A stretch of DNA of 64,000 nucleotides from Klebsormidium nitens (GCA_000708835.1 DF237062.1:128095-192094); one strand, 5' to 3'. Counted from the stretch's first letter, positions 36,401 through 47,558 are shown. Numbers and translations are program-made. The notes: generated by a model from the sequence alone, not told the origin.

Positions 36401-39400
36401 CCGAGGCTAAGTTTCTGCGTTCCTTTCCAGGACGCTCGCGGCCGCAGACAACGCGGTGATGCTGGTCGACGTGGGGAAGGACTTCGAGCCGCACGATACC
36501 AGCAAAGACCGAACAGATGGAAAAGAATCCGAACGAGTAACAAATGAATAAAGAAGGCTAAGCCCCCATTCCGTCTCCAGGACGCTCGCGGCCGCAGACA
36601 ACGCGGTGATGCTGGTCGACGCGGGGAAGGGTCTCGAGCCACAGACCCGGAAGCTGTTCGAGGTGTGCCGCATGCGCAAGCTGCCCGTCTTCACGTTCAT
36701 GAACAAGCTGGACCGCCCCGCCAAAGAACCCCTCGAGTTGCTCGACGAGATCGAAAAGGAGTTCGCACTGCAGACGTACCCCGTCAACTGGCCGATTGGG
36801 TCTGGCGACCGGTGAGTGTGGGCTTGTGGTTCTGGGATACACGAGGTTTTGCGATGCTGGTTAGCGCGAAGCGTGGTTTCTCTGGGGAAAGAGAGTTTGG
36901 CCAGTCGCGTTTGCTCCTTTTGGGCGTGGGTGTAGATCTCCGAGGAGGAAGTTTTGAAGATACAGGTCGCAAGTCGAGCCCTCTGTCTATATTCTTCCTG
37001 GAAAAAGTCAGAAGCGTTCTTACGAGAAGGGCTCATGGTGGTGAATTTGACAAAAGTCTTCGGGCGATGCAGTTTCAGCTCCGCTGTGCGCTGCACCAGA
37101 CAGCTCTGCGCTTCAGGAGAACTTAAACCTGGTAGAGCAACAACATATACCGGGTAGAGCAACATCATATTAAGCTCCAGCTCTCGATACCATACCAACA
37201 CCGTTCACATGCTTGAACATTCTGAAAAGCACCAACCAACGTTCCGTTGGCAGCACCTTTCTGCTTCCGCCTTCAGGCAACTTTTCTGTTGACTGGCTGC
37301 GCAAGGTTCGCCGGCAATTCTCGTCAACCGGGCCGACAACTTTCAGACGGGTTAAGCCTAGAGCCGCTTCCTGGTTGGTACCAAACCCTAAATCATCAAA
37401 CTCACGCGCCAATTCATTGGTGTGTACGACTGGCCGCGCAGCGAGGTGCACCTCTTCCAACGGGACGCGTCCCTTGGGAAGTTGGGAGATTGCCAGCACA
37501 ATCCCTTCCATCAGAAATAGTGGTATACTTTTACTTGTTAAAAACAATAGCTTAAGCCGAAAAGATTCCGTGCAGATTTGCCGGAGTATACCACCAGCCG
37601 CGCATTAAGGTTAACGTCTTCCAGCGAGCACGTTCCACGGGATCGGGAGGTTACTAGCACAATCTTTCAACAGGTTTAAGTTATCTTTCTTTCGCATTGA
37701 GAATCAAAGCATAAGCCGACAGAATTTCTTGTGCAGGTTCGTCGGAGTATACATTCCGCCGCGCAACGAGGTGCATTTCTTCCAACGGGACGCGTCCCAT
37801 ATAAGTCGGGACTTTTTCAGCGCAATCTTTCCTCAAATGGACTAACTTTCTTTATTCAGGTCGGAAACAAAAGCATAAATTGACTACATGTCTTGTGCAG
37901 GTTCGTCGGCGTATACCACCGGCCACGCAAAGAGGTCCACCTCTTCCAGCGGGACGCATCTCACGGGAGTCGGGAGATTATCAGCACGGTCTTGGCGGGC
38001 GACGACCCGACGCTAAAAGATATTATCGAACCGGACCTGTACGAACAGCTGCAGGAAGAACTAGAGTTGCTAGAAGAGTTGACGCCGCCGCTGGACATGG
38101 ACCGTGTGCGGAGCGGCGACTTGTCGCCGGTGTTCTTCGGGAGCGCGATGAACAACTTCGGGGTGAGGAACATGCTTCCTAATACAAAAGTAGGGTAAGG
38201 GCTAAACTTACTGCAGACGCAAACGTAGAGCTGCGAACGAGTTGGAGCCAACGCACTCGAGTCTTGCAGGCGAACGAGGCTTTGTTGCCATTCATTCAAC
38301 GTAGAGATTACGGATTGCGGCTTTGTGACCATCTCCAAGCATTGATGTGCGGCTTCTATTGAGGTAGAACGTCCCGTAACTGTTCTGGCCCAGGCGAACA
38401 CGCTCCAGTCTAGGAGGAGCACGCTCGTTCGTAAGTTTCGCGGGCCCGTTGTTTCCGTGAACATACTGGCTCGCAGTATTTGCAGCTAGGCAGCCACATT
38501 TCTTGGACACAGCACTTGACTTGCAAAGTTGCTGTGATTCCAAATGGACCAAGCCAACGCCTTCTCCAACAACACTTTCGAAGCATCAAAGAAGGCACAG
38601 CTCCAAACTATTCTCTGACTGGGCGTCTCCGTCCTCGCAGGTGGAGCTGTTTCTAGAAAGTTTTCTGGGCTACGCGGTCCCGCCGAAAGCGTACGAGAGC
38701 AGCCGCGGCGAGATCAGCCCCGAGTACCCGCACTTCACGGGCTTCGTCTTCAAGCTGCAGGCCAACATGGACCCGCGGCATCGGGACAAGGTCGCCTTCG
38801 TTCGCGTCTGTTCAGGTGCTGAGCTTCGCTTCTTCTTGATCTCGCGCTGTGCCTTGTTGTTACTACCTTCTTTTGCCTTTTTTGTTCCCTTTCCTAAGAG
38901 TTACCCCTTCGCCTTCTTTCCCCCTGTTCCGTCCTTGAGAGCGCCGTTTTTCTTGGTTCTGCGGTGTACTTCTAACAAGGTCTCTTTCCTGTGGTGCTCT
39001 AGTGCGGTGGTTCTGTCAAGTCAGAGGCTTTCTTTTCCGGCACATCCGTTTTTATCTCAGTTGTGCTTGACCTCCTTTCTGCTCTCCTCCGCTCATGAGG
39101 AATATCCTATCTTCTCGCCCAACGGAAAAGGTACGATCTCGCAGGTCTGCTTAGGTGCCTCCTTGTTCATTCGCCCTGTCCGAAGGACCTGCTCAGGTTC
39201 TGGCCGCCGTGTCTAGTGCATCTGCTTGCATCCGTTCCGTTCAGATTTCAGATTGGGACCACGGTGTTCACATTCCCGAATGCTGACGACGAAAGTTCAA
39301 ACGGGTAAACGCGTCATTGTAAAGGCCGAGTGGAAAGCTGTCGTGGAAGTCGAAATGGGAAAGTCCATTGATCTCGTATCTCTCTGCTTCCAGGTCAATT

Positions 39401-42400
39401 CGAGAAAGGCATGAAGGTACAGTTGGCGCGTACGGGGAAGACCATCGCACTGACCCGGCCGCAGAAGCTGTTTGCGCAGGAGCGGAGCACCATGGAGACC
39501 GGCTTTGCGGGAGATGGTAGGCTTTTCTGTCTCCTTTCTGCTTTTGGGTTGCCTTTCTGTCGAATGCACTAAAGAACATGGTGTGCTCAGCGTTTTGAAA
39601 CAGCCATGTCTGTTTCGGAACCCTCACAGTCAAGATACCGGAGGATTGACGCTCGACTCTGGCAACAACAGGGCGCACGAGAGGATTTGAAATGATTAGT
39701 GAGTGCAGACGAACTGGACTGCTTAACCGAACCCGCATCCTCCGCACCTGTACTCACCTTAGACGTCACCCATCTTTGGGTTTCATGCTCAAGAAGAGGC
39801 CGCATATGCTTCGTAGAGCTCTAGCTTTTTCAGCCCCCCCTCCTCCTTGCGGCAGTGAGTTGCAATCAGACACCCGGACGTTAGCACAGTTATCAACTTC
39901 TGAGTGTTGTTCCACGAGTAGAGTCCGGCTTCGTTCATGTGTTTCAGTGGCAGCAGCATCAAACAACCCACGTCTTCTTTCTTCCTTGCAGTGATCGGGT
40001 TGAACAACCCGAACGCCTTTGCGATTGGCGACACGATCTTCTCGGGCCCCCGGTTGGCTTACCCGGCCATTCCGTGCTTCTCCCCCGAGCTGTTCATGTA
40101 CATCAAAAACCCGAACCCGTCCAAGTACAAGCAGTTCCAAAAGGGCATCTCGGAGCTCCTGGGAGAGGGCGCCGTGCAAGTGCTCTACTCCATGGACCCG
40201 GGTCAGACCAACCCAATCCTTGCGGCTGTCGGGCAATTGCAATTTGAGGTGGGTTCAGATATCGGGTTTTCGAGACTCCTGGTTGAAGTGGGTGCTATAT
40301 TTGGCTGATTTTGCGCAGTGTTTTCTGAGCGGGTGCTTTACTCTGTAGACCCTGGGCAGACCAAACTCGATCCTCGCGGCCGTCGGGCAGCTACAGTCTG
40401 AGGTGGGTTTTCAGAGTTTCCGAGTTTGGGTTAGTTTTGGGATTCTGGAGACTTGGCAGCTGGTTTGCTGTATAGGGCACCCGGCAGATCAAGTACGTCG
40501 CAGTGGGATAGCGGCGGTTTGAGATGAGCTCTTGTGTGGGAGGAACTGGTTTGTACTGTGAGGTTGTGGTTTTGGAGGGACATTGTGGGAAATCATTTGG
40601 GCTCTCAAAATATCGGTTATGGGGTCCAAGCAGGAAGCCATGTTCCCAGGCCAGACCAACCCAATCCTCGCGGCAGTCGAGCAGCTGCATTCGAGGTGGG
40701 TTCCGCAGAGCGGATTTTTGTGCTATATGATCTTGAGATCCTCGGCTTTGCGGGTCTTGCGCTGTTGCGCTAAGGCGGGTTCCCGGGTTCGCTTCTTTTG
40801 AGCGGCCCTGTAACTCCGTGAATCCGGGGCAGCTCAATCGAACCCTCGCCGCCGTTGGGCACTTGCATTTTGACTTGCACGAGAGCAATTATGTCGTTTG
40901 GTACTGGGTTGAAAGAGATCCAGATGCACCGTGGGAGTGGGAAAGGCTGAGTTGGAACAACGATATCACTTTGGATATCGTCGTCCGACTCACGTTGTAT
41001 CAAGGGTTCTAAGATGTGGATCTCGCGAATTTTCTTGTAGACTATTCCTTCGATACCAGAAGGGTCCTGAATAATGGGTTTCAGGGCCTGAAGTTTTGCG
41101 ATGGCACTCTACATCACGAACTTTGCGGCGTTGAGCGAAGGTGGGTCCTCGGGTTGATTCTCACTGAGTGGGCGCTTTACTCCAAGGACACGGGGCCAAT
41201 CCCATCCTTCCTGTGGTTGGGCAATTGAACTTTGAGGTGGGTTCTGAATACCGATTTCTAAGGCCTCTTCGTTTAAAGTGGGCTCTCCAGTTTGTGGATG
41301 TTGCGGCGGTCGGTAAGGTGGGTCCTCTGATGTTTTTCGAGCGGGCGCTGTACCCTTTGAACCAGGGGTGACACCAATCCGGACCTCTTGGCCGTTGCGC
41401 AGCTGGTATTTGAGGTGGGTTCTTGGGGGTTCCCCATTTCGGGTCTCGGAAAGGGGAATTTGTGGGGGTGTCAGCAGCTCTCTTCCCCCCACGGGGCACC
41501 TGGCAGATCGAGCCGATGCTTGTCACAGTCGGATACTTGCAGTTTGAGGTGAGCGCGCAATCTTATAAGGATCACGTCCTCTCAACTTTTCGTGAAACTG
41601 TTCTGGAGTTTTAGGTTACAAGGGTTTCCGAATGTGGGTTCTGGAGTCGAGGCGGAAGTGGAACCGGGGAAAACCAATCAATCCGATCCCGGTGGCCGTC
41701 GGGCGGCTGTCGTGCGAGCTAGGTTCGGGAATTGCTGGTTGCAACCGTCAACATTCATACAATCAATCAATTCGATGTGGTGGCTCAAGTCCCTATGTCC
41801 GTACGCTGGCAAACTTCGTTCGGATCATATTTGAGCGCTGCACCATCGCACCTCCATGAGACACCGCTTTTGCAATAGTTTCTAACCTAAAATGATCGGC
41901 AGATAGCCCGTTCTGGTGCATTCGTGCTCGTTCTCATTAGCACCTCCTGATATTTCTCTCTCTTTGCAGGTTGTGCAACATCGGATGCAGAGCGAATACA
42001 ACGTTGATACTACTTTGGAACCGATTGGTTACACCGTTGCACGTTGGGTCGTTGGCGGGTGGGATGCCCTCGAAAAAGTGGGCAGATTGTACAATTGTGC
42101 GACGGTAAAGGTGAGAGCATGTTTTAGATGCCTTTCCTGGCCTCGAGAATGGATCTCTTTGCTCGGCATTAGAGCTTCACTTTTCAGTCTGATGCGCCTC
42201 TCCTCGTTTTGATGGCTATCGAAATTTATCTAAACTTATCTTTTCACATGTTTTGTCAGGACGGGTTCACTCTCATACTAGAGCAATGTCCGACTCCGTC
42301 AAAAGACATCTCGGTAATACTTGGAAGACAGCAGCCATCATATCAGAAATCCGCTTGCCAAGAAGGCTTTGATGTTTTATATATACCTGTGAGTGCTTTA

Positions 42401-42577
42401 AGGTTTTCAAAGGCGCTCTGCAGAGGTTTACTAACAATCATTGGTTTGTCGCAGGACATGTGGGGGCGCCCAGTGCTACTCTTCCGTAATGATTGGAACG
42501 TCTCGCAGTTGCTTAACGATAATCCTGAGATTGGCGAGCTAGCTCCATATTCACTTCCACCAACAGAACAAGGCTAA
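33409..42577 (+). CDS. prfC: Peptide chain release factor 3 (bacterial-type RF3), probably plastid-targeted
   Basis: Exons: 33409-33999, 34641-34752, 35118-35189, 35662-35692, 36581-36811, 37901-38162, 38641-38815, 39394-39516, 39992-40248, 41970-42110, 42455-42577 (705 aa). RF3 motifs: [110 protein letters not shown]. The Ser/Arg/Ala-rich N-terminus looks like a transit peptide. Confidence 0.96.
36090..36640 (+). repeat. Tandem degenerate copies of the prfC intron4/exon5 acceptor junction
   Basis: Four units start at 36114, 36274, 36431 and 36581 (the real exon). Each encodes an AAADN-x-x-MLxDxGK-like sequence. Confidence 0.9.
37300..37990 (+). repeat. Tandem degenerate copies of the prfC intron5/exon6 acceptor junction
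   Basis: Units start at ~37412, 37576, 37737 and 37901 (real), with a fainter one at ~37305. They share the F.G.Y..PR.EVH.FQR pattern. Confidence 0.88.
40180..41730 (+). repeat. Tandem degenerate copies of the prfC exon9/intron9 donor junction
   Basis: About eight copies of the [17 protein letters not shown]|gtgggt unit follow the real donor at 40249. Confidence 0.88.
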
Positions 42578-43208
42578 CAAAACCACATAAAACAGAAGTC
42601 CGGATGTTCTCACTAACCAACAAGGATGCCGATGCAAAGACGTGTAATTGTCTTCGCCCTCATGTCTATCATTGTCAGAATGTGCTTCATGAAATCTCTG
42701 CTCATTGTATCCAGTTTCAAGCTCCTTGCTTCCGTTCCGCCGTAATACTAGACTAGTGCCTACCTGGTTATAGTCTATGCAACGGATTCCGTCGAAGCGC
42801 CGAGCTGGCACAGAATGAAAGAGGTCATGGGAAAGCTAATTTGGTAGTACCTAGTACCTACCCAAGTATACCTAGTGACTAGTGGTGTCATGCATGACTT
42901 TGAAATACCGTTCATTGACACATTGTCATGATTCCACCTTGTCAAAGCTGTACAGCAACAGAGGTATGTAGGTACGGTATACCTACTACAGTAGTCCTAG
43001 GTATGTACCGGTATACTGTAGAGCGTCACCGTACAGGTAAGTACAGTGGTCCGGATACTGACCTGCCCTGGGATTCGATACTTATTACTGACCAGTGACC
43101 AGCCCTAGCTCTGTGATGGGCTGAAGTGCGAGCCTGAAGTACCGTGGGTACCTTGGTTGGTATTGCATAAAAATCGGTACTGACCAGGAGGTACCTACAC
43201 TTCTTATA

Positions 43209-43473
43209 CCGTACCGCCAAGGGAAATCACACTACTGTTGGTGTGAAAACTTAATTTCGGTCATCCTGAGGTTTCACCCGACACCCTGAACGTGTTTCTT
43301 TCATTTCACACAAGAGCTTTTTTCACCCTTTTCCCCACTGAAAGTCGCCAAAATCACCGTCTTTCGTCGATTTTAAGCTTTCACCTTTTCACAGTCGGGG
43401 ACCCATTTAGTTTCAACTTTTTCACACAGGCCTCAAAATAATTATTTTAGTGTGATTTCCCTTGGCGGTACGG
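43209..43473. mobile_element. MITE, 265 bp, perfect 26-bp TIR, TA target-site duplication (Tc1/mariner-type)
   Basis: CCGTACCGCCAAGGGAAATCACACTA (43209-43234) is the exact reverse complement of 43448-43473. TA lies at 43207-8 and 43474-5. No ORF. Confidence 0.88.
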
Positions 43474-43504
43474 TACCTACCTATTATTGTTCAATCACAG
43501 GTGG

Positions 43505-43840
43505 GGTCCCACTCACAGCCAAGAGGTACAGGGCAAAAGGAGAGAAAAAGAGAAAAAGCGGGGGAAAAGGAGATATAAGGGAGGGTTATGACCGCTCCTA
43601 TAAGATGAAATCAGGAATATGAATGAGCCATTGAGCCCCCAGATGGCCGTTCGATACAGTGATAATCCGATTCGACCGTCCGATGTTCAGAAAGTCATAA
43701 AGTGACGAACAAATGACGTTGCATCAAATTGTATTTCCGGCGCCTCGGACCCCGGTCTGTGATCGACACGTGGGTCTTTTTGACACGCGGCCCAATCAAA
43801 ACGGCGGATTTTATGTCCATGTCCCTATCTGAGTGGGACC
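43505..43840. mobile_element. Possible MITE with 11-bp TIR
   Basis: GGTCCCACTCA (43505-15) and TGAGTGGGACC (43830-40). No clear target-site duplication. Confidence 0.35.
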
Positions 43841-44268
43841 GACAAAGGACTACTGTACAGTGTACCTAGTCTGTTGGAGTACAGTAGGTACTGAGCCGTG
43901 TGTGAGCGCCGGCCCCCGGGCCCCGGCCGGACCGCCGGCCCCAATCAAGACGACAGTATTAAATAAGGATATCCCTGATTCTTTTGTCCCAACCCTAGAT
44001 TGCCGGTGTACAGCATACCGTACATACCGGTAGGTTGTACAGGAATCTGGATGCCGAAAAGCCCGGCCGGTGACCGAATGCCCCCCGGGCGGTCTTCATC
44101 AGGCAGCTCGCTGACCGTCGCCGCCTACGCCCAGATGCAGAAGTTGTGAATGTTCCTAATACGGCGACCTCTGGCTCTGATTGCGATCCCCCGACCGAAG
44201 GGAAGGTAGCGGGTACGGCAGTAGGTACCACCATTAATGCTACGGCTGTAATAGGTACTGTACGGTTA

Positions 44269-44717
44269 AGGGCCTGGTCGCATGCCACCAAAATCGACAG
44301 AATCTGTCGGTTTTGGCAAGCAGTCATAACCGCGTGCGACCGAGACTCGGCCAACACTCGAAAAGGTACAATTCGATCGCGTGATCGTACCGTTAAAACC
44401 AACACAATCTGGGGGCTAGCCAAAAGTGCCAGTCAGAATCTGTTGGTCCCAACATTCCAAACCGGGGACTCTCATGGTCTCGATTCACAGACTGGTTTAA
44501 CCCGGTAGAGGCTCGGTATTTCCATCTTTTTATTTTGCAATTAAAAAGCATTTGTTTTGTACTGAATCATTGGGGTCGCCAATACTTTTTCGAACCACCG
44601 TCGAAAACCTACCTTTCGAGCGCTCCGTCCGTACCCGAACCGTACAGTCCGAACCAAAGTCAACCCACTACATTCTGTCGGAAATGTGTCGATTTTGGCG
44701 GCATGCGACCAGGCCCT
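44269..44717. mobile_element. MITE, 449 bp, 31-bp TIR with one mismatch
   Basis: AGGGCCTGGTCGCATGCC(A/G)CCAAAATCGACA at 44269-44299 and inverted at 44687-44717. It is flanked by TA on both sides; an alternative reading is GGGCC...GGCCC flanked by TAA/TTA (PIF/Harbinger-like). Confidence 0.85.
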
Positions 44718-44737
44718 TACCACGGTTATACCATAGG

Positions 44738-44926
44738 TCTCGATTTCATGTTGAGTAAGGGCATGTTGACTAAGGGAAAGCACCCGGGGGACGGTAGGGT
44801 TGGTATGGGGGTTAGGGTGGGTACGGGTTCGGAGCGGGTGTCATTTATCGGTTTAGGTTTTTAGGTTGTTCGTGCCCCCGAGCACTATCTTTAGTCAACA
44901 TGCGCTTAGTCAACATGAAATCGAGA
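44738..44926. mobile_element. ~190-bp foldback MITE with ~50-bp TIRs and a G-rich telomere-like core
   Basis: 44738-44790 and 44875-44926 are inverted repeats with 2 mismatches in the first 36 nt. The core is GGGTTGGTATGGGGGTTAGGGTGGG. Confidence 0.75.
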
Positions 44927-45370
44927 AGTATCCTACTACTGGTACCATGTAGCCATATTACTAGAGTAGGTAGGTACCTAGATGTCACGACTCACGACTC
45001 ACCATGGTGACTGGTCCATACTGGCAACTCTCGTGTGGCCTAACGGGCGTCTGTGCAGTGTGCACATAAGATCAAATATAGGTAGTAGGTACCTAATATT
45101 AGGATCTGCTTCGGATTAGTCAAAGTAACTGAATTCCTTGATTTAACAAACACTAAAGTCTAAAACCCTAGGGCCTAGGGACAAAATGATTTGCTCCGCA
45201 ACCGAACCCACCCTAACCGTTACTAGGCTAACCATCAAACTAACCCCATCCGTCTCCTAACAAACCGTCCCTGTTTCTTGTTACGGTAGGTACTACGGTA
45301 CTAAAGTTTGTCCCCATCTGCACACCGTACGGCGTACACGCCTCTGAACTTTGAAGATACGGTATCCATC

Positions 45371-45557
45371 AAGTTTAATACCAATATTAGGATCAAATAC
45401 GGATAAGGAAGTACCCGGGGCAGCAACCTAGCTAAAAACCCTAACAAACAAACATGACGCGCTCCGCACCTGAGCCCACCCTAACCACCATACCAACCCC
45501 ACCCGTTCGCCGGGCGTGTCTTAAAGGTATTACCTAGATCCTTTAGGTATTAAACTT
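45371..45557. mobile_element. Second, diverged member of the foldback MITE family, in opposite orientation
   Basis: AAGTTTAATACC (45371-82) and GGTATTAAACTT (45546-57) are inverted ends. The core reverse-complements to GGGTTGGTATGGTGGTTAGGGTGGG, and the length is 187 bp versus 189 bp. Confidence 0.6.
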
Positions 45558-47558
45558 TATCCTTATACCTACTTTGAAGTCACACGAGACTCGGAGTTCG
45601 AAGTTGCCAGAGTGTTACCTACGGTACTAGGTACCTAGGCATCAGGGGGTACCCATTGATCGTTCCTACATTTGCAGACGGTGGGTGTGGAATGTCAACG
45701 TTTGTGTCACAGCTTGACTGAACAATATTGATTTGAGTCGGTTGACACCTTATCTGCTTGCGGCACCGGTGTGAATCATGCCATCTGCAATGTGCATGAT
45801 GCACTCCGGGCCAAGGTACCTACCTCCGTACTGGCAATATACTGGTATTATTGTACCGTTGAGTTTTGACTTGGACTTCTGCTGCATGCAAGCAGCAAGC
45901 TGTGCATGGCTTTGGAACTTGGAAGGAGCTGGTCAAGCGGGAGAAAGGAGAACGAGTGAGAACTTAGAAGAAAGGAGACGAAGGCGCTCTTTGCTTTGAC
46001 GCTACAGGCGCCACGAATCAGGTGAGTGCAATGGCGCCTTCCGTCCTGCCATGCATCCTGTGCTGCTTTTATCCTTTTGGAAGACCAAGCTTTCTGCTTG
46101 CCTTAGGTGTATCTGTTGAAGGAAATGGCGTTCATAGATTGGTAGGCGACTGGCTCTTGTCGGAGACCTGGGGCTTGTGATGATGCAAAATTGCGTGTGC
46201 CATACCTGTCTGCTTCCAGGGAACTCTGTGGAAGCAACAGCAGGAAACAAGCCTATCAAAGTCCGCTTGTTGGCAGCTATTGGCATTGCGAATTTCAGTC
46301 ACCACTTTACTTGGTCATCCAAATGCATACACAGTATTGCTTGCTCCTGATTGTCTGAGTGGCCGCAGAGATGCCTATTTGTCCGGCATTGGTTTACCAG
46401 TGTGGTGGTTGCTTTCACGTCCATAGTCTGCATTTATTTTTGTCCAAACGCAATCTGTGAAATGCTGCGAGCACTGCTGCTCTTTAACCACTTGACAGAA
46501 TGCTTCCATATGGCTGGGCCTTACACGCCAAGATAAGCAGAAGGCTGTCCGCTGGAAATGCTGAGGAAGTTCGCGCTCACCTCCTGCAAGTCTCGTCTTC
46601 CTGGAGCTTTGTAAACCGCGAAATTTGTATGTCCAAGCAGCTACCACATTTGGTCTTGATTGTCCTTTTCCCACCTTTTTGGAAGAGGGAGCAACCGTTA
46701 GCCCAGCTAGTTGCAGGGACTCCGCCCTCCAGCCTCCATGCCCTCTCGTCCGCCATCCAACAATCCTCAGCAATTGACCAACAAGCAATCCATGCAGACT
46801 CTGTGTTCGCTAACTGAAGTTCATTCACTGTCATGACAAGCTGGGGATTTGCTCAATAATCCCCAGAGTAGAAATAGGTGGCTCTGCTGCCTGCATCATC
46901 TGTTACCATACGACATGCACTGTTTATGCATCTCATCAGCATAAACAAATCCACACTACCTGCATTCTGTTTCAATGCATTAGAGCCTTTGCACAGTCCT
47001 TTCTTCAGGTCAGAAGAAGCACTTGCTGCTAGCAGATGAGAGTCTCTGTCCATATTACATCATGACCACACATTGTATCTGAGCAACGAACATCTATACC
47101 AGCAAGTTCTAGAGCTGCTTTTGAGGCTTTCTTCTCCCTCCTCTACTTGCCCCTTTATCAGAACTCGAAACACTACTGTTGCAATCCTGTCGGCAGGTCT
47201 GAAGCTATTGGGCGGCTTCTATCGCCAGCATTCCAATTAGTGCATATAAGCCCTGTTTCAAAGGCCTCTGCTTTCTCGCTTTCACTTCCTCATCCACCAT
47301 CCAGGTATCCAGATTCTGAAGGGAGCGCCTAGCTGCCTTCACCGACCCTCCATATCCTGGTTCATTTCCAGCATTGGATCTCTCAGATCTGGTCTCTCTA
47401 TTCCCCCTCACAGAAGCAGAACTCCTCTGCCAGTTCCTACTTTCAATCTCTCTCTCTCCTTATGTGACCAGAAGTGTACCTCATGCTCAAGAGTTCTTCT
47501 TACCCCTCTTCTGCAGAACCCCCCCTCCAACAGCACTCCCCAGACCCCCCCTCCAACC

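Noticed and set aside
36090-41730. CRISPR-like repeat/spacer appearance of the regularly spaced units in prfC introns
   Set aside because: The context is eukaryotic and the repeats are diverged copies of adjacent exon junctions. They are not identical palindromic repeats with unique spacers, and there are no cas genes.
44790-45500. Interstitial telomere repeats
   Set aside because: Only isolated TTAGGG/CCCTAA words inside foldback elements; there is no tandem telomeric array.
46000-47411. Several 60-137 aa ORFs and splice-like sites between the MITE cluster and the EGF gene
   Set aside because: No consistent multi-exon model or recognisable domain could be built.
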